Origin: Malacoraja senta
Lineage: Eukaryota
DNA: 64,000 nt
Assembly: GCA_038087875.1 (NCBI GenBank)
Contig: CM076000.1
Coordinates: 992,001 to 1,056,000 of the forward strand
Direction of reading: 5' to 3'
Shown: in pieces, positions 25,255-35,100 of the stretch
How positions within the stretch are numbered: the first letter of the stretch is position 1
Layout: every line of letters begins with the position of its first letter
Notes under the pieces: generated by a model
What the model was told of the DNA's origin: nothing
What the model saw: the letters and a program-made list of their open reading frames with translations, nothing else
Database searches by the model: none
Position numbers and translations under genes: made by a program

Positions 25255-25536
25255 CCCCCACTCCGGCTGGCTGACGACGGTATACGGAAGAAGGGACGGT
25301 GCACCCCGTTGATTTCAGCGGTCCTAGACCCCTAGATTGTCGTCAGCGGTTTGGGCGAGTGGTATCCCAGAACAGAGACTCAGCAAAGAAGTGGGAGTAG
25401 TTGGACATCGCGAGGAGACAAATCGAGTGATTCTTGTGCACAAGACCCGGGTAAGAAAACTGACTATTAAGTACTACTCGGGCGATTAAATAGATCGGGG
25501 GGGAAATAGATTGGGGGGGAAATTCCGATCGGGAGG

Positions 25537-25690
25537 ATGGGCAATGAAAACGGAAAGACCAAAAGGGAGGGGAAGGGCGGTAAGCCCGACCCCCGCATTC
25601 TGCCTGATAGTCCGTTGGGGCGAATGCTGAGCCTCTGGGGCAGAGAAATACCCAGGGATTGAAGAAGACAAAAATGATTTGATTCTGTTA
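25537..25690 (+). pseudogene. gag: gag N-terminus relic, HERV-I-like
   Basis: MGNENGKTK...RILPDSPLGRMLSLW: myristoylation-type MG start and PDSPLG.ML..W motif; stop soon after. Confidence 0.7.
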
Positions 25691-26239
25691 TTGTAAGAGT
25701 AAGTAAGTAAGTTTTATTAAAATCAAAAATGTTCACTGTAGGTAGGTGTATGTTCCTTTAAATAAATCAGGTCATGGTGAAAGGCGACGAACAGCTGTAA
25801 GATAACGATTAATTGTTTGTATCCTCGTAACCTAGAAGGGGAAGTTGTGAAACCAGCTTTTGGTTTTTATGATGTTCTTTTAGATTTCTAGTCAGTAAAG
25901 ATAATTTGGAAAATTGTTACTAGTGCTAGGAATTGGACATTTAAAATAGTGGTGAATATGGATTGAAATAATTGGAAATAAGTTAATTGGTAAACATTCA
26001 AGTTTAGAAAGAAAGGAGAGAGAGGCAGTTAGAAGATAACAGAAGTAGAAAAACGACAGGCATGAAAGTAATAAAGCAGGAGGAGTCAGTGGAAGATTTT
26101 TGCAAGGAGGCTAGAATATTTGAGAAGCTAGAAATTGAGTATAGAATTAGAAAGAAGGCATACCAGAAAGGATTAAAGTTGGAAGCATTGGGATAAAGTG
26201 ATGAGACTGCTTTAAAGAGAAAAGAGAAGGACAGACACA

Positions 26240-26800
26240 GATTATCCCTTGGGGCACCCATAAACTGAAAGGGCTAAAAAAATACCTCACCCTATATCCC
26301 TGATGGGGGAGGAAATGGATTAGGGCTTTGGAGGAGGAGAACGTGGGACGATTATTGATCATGGAAGATTTGAAGGCACTGTTGGTAAAAGTGATAGGAA
26401 CCACTAAAGTGACAGAACTGAAGATGGATGGTATAAACTGATGCGAACAATGTAACAAGCAATGGCATACTGTTTGACACAGTCAGGCAGAGGGTATGGC
26501 GGGCCCTCAGACAATGTTACCCACTTAAGAGGAACCCCAAGGAACAAGGGGAGATACACAAGGAAAGGCAAATAGCCTATCTGGAAAACCAGCTGAAAAG
26601 GTGGAGAGTTGATTGATGAACATTATATTATGAACTACTGTGGTGGATGTCATTCTTCTTAAAGTCAAGCAGATTCAGCGAACAGTTGGTCTCTGCGGTC
26701 GAGAAATATCGCAAAGATAGGAAAAAGACTTGCAAACCAGCAGGAGGAGCTGTTGTCAATAAACAATGGACCTAAGTGAGTTCTATGATGGAACCAAGCA
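26240..26800 (+). pseudogene. gag: Second gag (capsid-region) relic, resembling fish epsilon-related ERVs
   Basis: KWIRALEEENVGRLLIMEDLKALL and FDTVRQRVWRALRQCYP; interrupted by stops and frameshifts. Confidence 0.55.
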
Positions 26801-27099
26801 GGGCCAGAGAATTACATGCCAATAATGAATGTCTTTGGGGAACGTTTCCTCAAAAAGTCCTATCAGGAGTGAAATTAATCTGGATATAAGCCCTAACAGG
26901 ACTGGGGTCCCCAAGAGAGAAAGGGATTTAAAGGAGGATTTGTTGGTATTGTTCCATAAGTAACAAGCGATGTAAGAGAGAGAGATTAAAAAAAAAAATA
27001 CTTCAGAATGTAGGACAGAGGATGATAACCTTGGGAAAAGGCAGGATATAGTTCAGACTAGATTAGGTATAAGCCCTGTAGTGTCGTTTATGATGAATA

Positions 27100-27625
27100 A
27101 GTTAGTTAAGAGGTTTGGTAGACCTACAGAAATCAGCTTTGACAACGGATTGTTTTCATTTAGGGAGTAGCCAAGTTAGCGATAGAGACCCTTAGAGTAA
27201 AATACACATTTGGGTATGTAACACCTGCAGTCACAGGCATGGTGGAAAGAATAAATGGAACATTGAAGGTTAATATAAATAAGATTTGTTTAATTACAAA
27301 GTTGAATTGGATCGATGCCCTGCCATTGGCACTGAAGAGATGTTGCATGCAAACTAACCGAGCAGGTGGCACTATGGAGAGGTCCCTACAAGAGACCAAG
27401 TTTGGAACAGTTAAAGATAGAATTTTTAAAAGTATATGAAAGTTAATTATGATATACAAGTCTATTTATGAACAGGAAAAGTAAAAGTTGTTGGAGGTGG
27501 ACCAGGAGGAAGGACCCTTTAAACCTGAAGACAAGGTGTATGTATGAGTTTTCTAAACTACCGACCAATGTTCAGGTAGAAGGTTGATATACCTGGTACC
27601 ATTTCAATAATTACATGAGGGCTGT
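27100..27625 (+). pseudogene. pol: Integrase relic 1 (core plus C-terminus, internally deleted)
   Basis: RFGRPTEISFDNG ... GMVERINGTLK...LNWIDALPLAL ... PFKPEDKVYV ... PTNVQVEG*YTWYH. Confidence 0.75.
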
Positions 27626-27711
27626 CCCGCAGGTATGAATAGATAATAGCCCTGAGGTAAGTGAACAGGAGGACAAAGATGTGAGAAAAGAGTAGAGTTT
27701 GAACAAGAACG

Positions 27712-28672
27712 TTGTTTGACATCAGTGGTGGGCAAAATAATGGAAAGGATACTTAAGACAATATATAAGCATTTGGATAAATAGGGTAGGATTGGGAAGA
27801 ATTAGCATGGATTTGTGATTGTGATGTTTGACTAATCTTGAATTTTTTGAAAAGGTTATTATGGAAATTGATGAGGGTAAAGTGGTGGATGTTGTCTAGA
27901 TGAACTTCAGTAAGGCCTTTGACAAGGTTCAATAAGGAAATAAGGTTGGTTAAGAAGGGTTAGTAAGAAATAGCAAGATGGATTAAAAAGTGGCTGTATG
28001 GGAGATGTCAGAGAGCAATGGTGGATGGATGTTTGTCAGGTTGGAGGTCAGTGACCAGAGGGGTGCCTCGGGGATGTGTGTTGGGTCCACTGTTGTTTGT
28101 CATGTGAATCAATAATCTGGATGTTGGTGTGGTAAAATAGATTAATAAGTATGTAGATGATACTAAGATAGGTGGTGTTGTGAATAATGAAGCAGATTTT
28201 AAAAGTGTACAGAGAGATTTAGGTCATTTGGAAGAATGGGTTGAAACATGACAGATGGGTTTAATGTTGATAAGTGTGAGATGATACATCTTGGCAGGAC
28301 AAATCAAAATTGAACGTACATGGTAAATGATTGTGAATTAAGGAATGAAGTTGAACAGGCGGATCTAGGAATAACTGTGCATGGTTCCCTGAAGGTGGAA
28401 TTTCATGAAGATAGGATGGTAAAGAAAGATTTTGGTGTGTTGGCCTTTATGAATCAGAGCATTGTGTATAGAAGTTGGGTTGTAATGTTAAATTGTACAA
28501 GGTATTGGTGAGGTCAATTGTGGAGTATGGTGTATAATTTTGGTAGGCATAATTATAGGAAGGATGTCAACAAAATAGAGAGAGTACAGAGGAGATCAAT
28601 TAGAATGTTGACTGGGTTTCAGCAACTAAGACACAGAGAAAGGTTGAACAAGTTAGGTCTTTATTATTTAGG
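27712..28672 (+). mobile_element. CR1 LINE reverse-transcriptase fragment embedded in the ERV
   Basis: LTSVVGKIMERIL, FSKAFDKV, GVPRG.VLGPLLF, KYVDDTK, KIERVQRR motifs; no 3' tail or TSD seen. Confidence 0.85.
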
Positions 28673-28699
28673 AAAGATAGAAGGGGTCCCAACAAATAC

Positions 28700-29064
28700 A
28701 AGGGAATGATGTATTCCTAAGGAACTATTTACTGGCAGTATCTCGTTCTATTACAGAATTAAGAACCAAGGGGCTGCTGGCACAGAGTCCCCATCTCGAC
28801 TTTCCAATCCATTCTGTGAAAGCGGGGGACTGGGCTCTTGTAACATCATGGAAGGAAGAAAAGCTGCAACCTAAGTGGACTGGACCCTACCTGGTGTTAC
28901 TAATCACCGAGACAGCAGTACGAACAAAAGAAAAAGGGTGGACACACGCAAGCCGATTTAAGGGTCCTGTGGAGGCCCCACCAAACAATATCAGCCCGTG
29001 GACTGTGCGCAAAGGAGAGGAACCATTGACTTTAATATTTAACAAGAACCCGCGGGGAAAATGA
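28700..29064 (+). pseudogene. pol: Integrase relic 2 (C-terminal GPY domain), HERV-I-like
   Basis: RNYLLAVSRSITELRTKGLLAQSPHLDFPIHSVKAGDWALVTSWKEEKLQPKWTGPYLVLLITETAVRTKEKGWTH. Confidence 0.85.
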
Positions 29065-29192
29065 AGATTTCGTGTTGGTGGGTCGTGTGTTGGGTGGTTA
29101 CCCAACTATGTAAGCATACAGAGTGTTCAAATGCAGGAAAGTGGTAGGTATTGGATATGTGTAGATAAAACAGGGAGAATGAGTCTAAGGAT

Positions 29193-30121
29193 TTGAAGAT
29201 AATGATAGTAGCAGGAGAAACAGAATTAAGGCAATTATATGAGGAGGGAATACCTACAGGAGGAAAGGGAGCCAACACCTGGCTTGCCTGGATGATGTAC
29301 ACGGCCAGGAGTTTGCAACACACCAATTGCTACGCCTGCGCCGGAGCTAAGCCTCAGCTGGTTCCAGAACCATTTCCCTTGAATTGGGATAGGACACCTG
29401 GGGCTATGTCATGTATACTACAGCTATTCACGAATCCCATCCTACCAAAGGATGCGACCTGCCAGAGTTATCATTACCTATTCCCGGCTAGCAACAACAA
29501 TACAAAGGGCCGAACGACAGACCCTTCAACACACACATATATATAGATGTGATAGGGGTGCCAAGAGGGGTACCCGATGAATTCAAAGCCAGAAACCAGA
29601 TAGCTGCGGGCTTTGAGTCCATACTCTTCTGGTGGTCCACACTTAATAAAAATGTGGACTGGATCAACTACCTATACTACAATCAACAACGCTTTATAAA
29701 TTACACTCGAGATGCGGTTGAAGGATTAGCGGAACAACTGACAGATACCAGCCTAATGACCTGGCAAAATCGCATGGCCTTAGACATGCTACTGGCTGAG
29801 AAGGGAGGGGTGTGTGTAATGTTTGGGGAACAATGTTGCACCTTCATCCCCAACAACACTGCTCCTGATGGGTCAGTATCAAGAGCCCTAGCAGGTCTCA
29901 CCTCCCTGTCTATCGAATTGGCCGAGAACTCCAGAGGAGACACCTCCAGGTTTCTAGACTCCTGGTTTGGGAAATGGAAGCACATCTTTACATCAGCCCT
30001 AACATCGGTGGTAGTTATGATGGGGTTGCTGTGCCTATTTAAAACACAGTATGACCAGCGAGAGGAAGATAAGGAGGCGAAGATTCTGCTGCTAGCATTA
30101 GAGAAGGGGCAGATAGTATAA
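29193..30121 (+). pseudogene. env: Gamma-type env, internally deleted, with one frameshift; TM reading frame open at 29549-30121
   Basis: SU CXXC (CYAC); GVPRGVPDEFKARNQIAAGFES; immunosuppressive domain QNRMALDMLLAEKGGVC; CX6CC (CVMFGEQCC); hydrophobic anchor. Confidence 0.9.
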
Positions 30122-30157
30122 ATCAAAGATTGCAGTAGCAAAAGTAAAAGTGTGGAT

Positions 30158-30676
30158 TGTGAGGAAGGGGTTAATAGGTATAAGTTGATTTAGACAAGAA
30201 CCCTTTGTATAGTAGGGGGTGGATGCACGAGTACAGATGGTGACTTTTTCAAGGATGAGAACAAAGGAGATAAGAGACAGTCCGGGATAGAACTAGGGTA
30301 AGGGTCATGAGCAACTCTCTGTGCGCATGGGCAATGAACTTACATGAATATGTACACACACCCACTATGACAAGATGCCTAATTTAAATGCACATGCGAT
30401 GCATGATATGGGAGGTGTCTTTGACGTGGGGTGGACGTTCCAGGACGTTCTCGTGGGAATGTGGGCTTTATGTTATGATTGGAAGAAGCTCAATGGGGAG
30501 GGATGAGGGTGTGACAATGATAACCATGAAATGTATAAAGATAGAAGACATCCCGATCCTCGGTGTGCCTCTAGGGGACATCAGAGGAGAGGCACCTATT
30601 CTGCAGAATATGATTTAAATAAAAAGCTTCTTTGCCGACTTTGTCTCTAAAAGCGTTTGTGATTTTGAATCTCACA
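30158..30676 (+). repeat. ERV 3' LTR
   Basis: Direct copy of 24713-25231, followed by TSD CATGG. Confidence 0.95.
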
Positions 30677-30829
30677 CATGGCAACTCAGTGTGGTCTATT
30701 GTCTTACACTTTTATACTTAGTATGATTATGCCTAACGTACACTGTCACTGAGCTGTATGCAAACAAAAAAAATCTTAGGTACATGTGACGATAAAGTAC
30801 CATTGAAATGTACGGTCTAATGCTGGAAT

Positions 30830-31728
30830 AGGGAGGTTTCACGGCAGTCGGGTCACGACCCATGACCCGTGCTGTTGCTACGCTACGCCAAGTGGAGTAC
30901 ACGCGATGAACTGAAGGCAAGCACTTACCATTGTTTCCAGTGTAGCGGGCCCGTTAAAACCCGCCGAAATTGTCAATTTTTGCGCTGTAAATAATTATGG
31001 AAATCGGGATAAGCGTGAGAGACATTTAGCCTACTTCAGAATTCCAAAAGTGAGTAGAAATGACGGTAGATAGAAGCGGGAGCTGAAGGGACAACAGCCA
31101 AAGTGCTTGGCGTACCTTGGCCGTTTGCTCACTGCATTTCATCAACTAAGGCATTATTTGTGGGGGGGTTCTTGATTCCTTTGGAATCTAAAAAGTTTCA
31201 GAAGTGATAAATCTGGCTGTAAAATTTTAAAATCGCCCATGGTTCTCAAGTGGGTTTTTACATACAAAAAGAAAACGCCTCTGAAGCAAAATTTACAGCC
31301 AGATTTATCACTTCTGAGACTTCTTAGATACCAAAGGAATCAAGAAAAAACACAAATAATGCCTTACTGTTGATTAAATGCAGTGAGCAAACGCGATAAT
31401 TCCAAATCTTTCCAATTCCGATATCTGCACGGCCAATGTTCGCCAAGCACTTTAGCTGTTGTTGTCCCTTCAGCTCTCGCTTCTCTTTACCTTCATTTCG
31501 CTTCACTTTTGGAATTCTGAAGTTGGGTATATGTCTCTCACACTTACCCCGACTTCCACAATTTTTTACAGCGAAAAAATCCAAAATTTTGGCGGTTTTT
31601 AACAGGTAGGAAAGTATGCGTTTCTTGCATTAATAACATATACCGGAAGTGACGGATGTCCTCCAGATGGATTGAGCGGCTCCGTGCGTCAAGCCCTATG
31701 ACCCGGTGACCTTACGTGCAACCCCCCT
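30830..31728. mobile_element. Fold-back non-autonomous DNA transposon (ISL2EU/Harbinger-group-like) with THAP relics in both arms
   Basis: Termini AGGGAGGTTTCACG and CGTGCAACCCCCCT; AT flanks both ends; long imperfect inverted arms ~30950-31230 and ~31290-31605; minus-strand ORF 31324-31584 reads FAVKNC...FRIPK...RVCSLH. Confidence 0.75.
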
Positions 31729-31859
31729 ATATGTGTTTTATGTACACTGCAAGTGAATGTATAGAATATTTCGATGTACACTTCCAACTAATTGAAATTA
31801 TTGACTGCTTCAAATCCATGATCTTACTCCCTCCCCTTCTGCAACTCTTGGACAGAGAG

Positions 31860-32146
31860 GAAGCAATGGGCGCGGCAGCAAATCAACTACTCGTTCAGTT
31901 ATTTCCTCATTAGGAAATGTTGTCACTGCCATCCCATGTAAGGGAGCGTCGGAAACCGGAAATTAGCGCAACCTATAAAGAAATCCCCAGTACCAGCAGC
32001 CGCCGTTAACTTTAACAATAGGCAGCATTTGTGTTGTGGGTATTGCTGGGCGGAGAAGTTGCAGTGCAGGCGCGTGCTCCGGGAATTCAGCGAGGGTGCT
32101 GTCCGGAAACGCTGCGCTGCTACAGTGACAACAATATTCCAACAGT
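31860..32146 (+). promoter_or_regulatory. PDCL3 CpG-rich promoter and 5' UTR
   Basis: Local CpG enrichment and tandem ETS-type CGGAA motifs (cggaaaccggaaa, ~31950-31962) directly upstream of ATGCAG|gtcagc. Confidence 0.65.
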
Positions 32147-32152
32147 ATGCAG
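32147..32152 (+). CDS. PDCL3: PDCL3 coding exon 1 (MQ)
   Basis: ATGCAG|gtcagc at the end of the CpG-rich region. Confidence 0.8.
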
Positions 32153-35100
32153 GTCAGCAACATGTCCTTTCTTTGCAATTTGCTTAAATCGTACAGAGCC
32201 GCGAGTAAAAGCGACGTGTATTCTTGAGAATGTTATGTACTAAGTGATCATCTAGTTTCTATTGATACGGATCCATCCCGATAAACTACTAAAGGCCAAC
32301 TCGTGTACAAAACAGTTGTATTTTTACAACCTTTTCTGATGCCCGTGTCTTCTTGGCGACCCTTCTAAATTGATATGGTTCTCTTTAAAATCACGCCTAT
32401 TTTTGTTATTAGTAATTTGTGCAGGTATGCTTGAAATGAAATGAAAATGTACACAAGGGAATATAAGTTAAATGAATGATACTTTATTATCACATGTGAC
32501 ATGTCACAGTGAGATTCTTTGTTTTGCTACACAAGTATGCAAAGGGTTGCCACATATAGCGCGCTGACAAAGTTACAAAGTAGCAATGTTACAAAATTTG
32601 AGATTTAAAAAATCAAGTCTGTAATTTATCCCATCAGATAAAGCATAAAAAGATGTTTACTTTGACACCTAATTCACTTTCATATCTTCAGTATTAAAAA
32701 TGTTATGGCCATTTTCATACTCGGAAATTAGCATCTTGTTCCCTATTGCTTTTCCATTGACTTAACACAAAAGCTGTGATCGAGGACAGTCAAAAGCCCA
32801 TAACTTTCTTAAAAATTAAGAGAACTGAAAGACATTTTCAGTTATTATAGATTGAAGCATTCTGAAACAAATATGAAACAATCTTACTTAGATGACATGA
32901 AATTAAAGCATATAATTAGTTAGTTACCTAATTGTAGCTAATTACAAAATTCAATTACTAGATCTAAACATCTATCAATTTCTTAAGACTAGATTAACAT
33001 TTTTAAAATAGCCTAAGTGTCCAAATAACATTCACACAAGAATTCACAATATAACATAATTTTTAAATCTCATTGTCATGGATTTATAGGCCAAATGGAA
33101 AGAATTTAATGTTTAATACCTGTAAATTAATGGCCATTTAAATCATCTTGGGTTTTTCTGGAACGCGATCATTTGGAACGTTGCATTTGCGGTGAATTTA
33201 ACCCCGTATCGGCATGAAAAATACTGCCGGTTCGTTCGGGGGAAAAAAATCACCGTTTCGCAACTTAAAATGTGAATTAAAGGCATCTTAAGGAGCACTT
33301 TTATACATAAAATAAACGGCTTTTGTTTACCTGTCCCGTGCGTGAAATCCGTCCCCGTTGTCGGCGTTGACGGCTTTAGAAGCTGATTTTAAAATAACTC
33401 CAGCGCTGAACTTGTTGGGCGAATAAAAAAAAATAAGTACACAGAACGCCCGTCGGAACGATTCTTCAGCAAAAGCTTGCACTCCAACGAAATATAATAC
33501 AGGACAAGGTAGGAGAAACCCGCGTTTCAACCCCGCCCCCCCCCCCCCTCAAAGGCGCCAAAATCGCGCACACGGCCAGTGGCAGAATTGTAGCGTCGCT
33601 GAAGGTAAGTATTGTAACATACCTATACAAAGCATTACACAATGGTTCCCCTTTGCTCTCTCGGCAGCGGCAGTCCCCCCCACGATGAGTCCCCCTCCCA
33701 CGCCGGGTCCCTTGTTCTCTCGGCACCACCGCCCCCCCCTCCCCCGACCAGCACCCACCGCTTGCCCCGTATAACCAACATCTCATCAAATAATGAAAAA
33801 TCGGTGTCATGTGGTATTTTTTAATTAAAAAATATAGGCCCTAACACTCTTGTAAAGTTAATAATAGCAAAAAAATTAATATTGAAATTTTGGAAAAATA
33901 CACCAATACCAACGCTCAAAATGTGGATTACATGTATGTTGGATACCGCACATCTTGAGGAAATGCGATTCCTCCTAATAGATAAATTTGACCAATTCAT
34001 AACGAGTTGGTCTCCATTTGTCGTCTTTTTGGAAACATATGGTGCAACACAGGTGTAAAAGCTAATCCGTGACTGGGGATGGTCAAGATTATAAATGATC
34101 TCCTTACTTCTATTTTCTTTTCTTTTTTCTTCTTTTACTCTCTTTCTTCTATTTTCTATGTCTCAACTTTCTTTTTTCACTCTCTATTTTTCTTTTTCAC
34201 ACACTATATATCTCACATTTTTCTATTTTTCATTATCTAACTTTTCTCTTTTTCTTCTTTATTACAAAAAAATTTAAAAATAAGAAGCTGTACATAAAAG
34301 GTATTATGAAAATATGATTGTATACAATTGTACTTCTAATAAAATTAAAATATTAAAAAAACAAAAACAAACACTCTTGTAAAGTTGAGAGCGAGTACTT
34401 TACTGTTCACATTAAGTTCCATTTCCAAAGTAGACAACAGGGACCAGTCCATTTTTACATAATGACTCTTGTAAATCTACAGCTGCACATTACAAGTAAT
34501 TTAGTTAAAAATTTAATTAGCTGCAATATACCAAATGAGACTCCAATATTGATCCTGTTATTGCAAGTCTTTCAATCTTGGGCTGAATGAGGATTTGGAG
34601 AGTCCTTCCAATACTTGGTCTACTTAGAAACTTGTTTGTCATTGCAGAAAATCCACTTTTGTAAAGATAGTAGAATGGAATGTCAATAAGATTTTAAGTG
34701 ACAATTTGGTCATTGTGGCTGCACCATTGATGCAAGTTACAAAGCAGCAGTCCTATAGGAGTTTAAGAAGGAACTGCAGATGTTGGAAAATCGAAGGTAG
34801 ACAAAAATGCTGGAGAAACTCAGCGGGTGAGGCAGCATCTATGGAGCAAAGGAAATGGGTAACGTTTTGGGTCAAAACCCTTTAGACTGATGTGAGAGTG
34901 AGGGGTGGGAAGAGGAGGAGCCAGAGGGCTGAGGGAAAGCTGAGAAGGGGAGGAGAAAGTATAGGGACTACCTGAAATTAGAGACGTCAATGTTCATACC
35001 GCTGGGGTGCAAATTGCCCAAGCGAAATATGAGATGCTGCTGCTCCAATTTACGGTGGTTCTCACTCTGGCCATGGAGGAGGCCCAGGACAGAAAGGTCG

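Larger units (their letters stand above)
24713..30676 (+). mobile_element. Non-autonomous class I (ERV1, HERV-I/HERVIP-like) endogenous retrovirus with mosaic interior
   Basis: Paired 519-bp TG...CA LTRs; 5-bp TSD CATGG (24708-24712 and 30677-30681); tRNA-Pro-like PBS; purine-rich tract before the 3' LTR; gag, integrase and env relics. Confidence 0.95.

Noticed and set aside
29701..30141. 146-aa antisense ORF over env
   Set aside because: Shadow frame with no recognisable motif.
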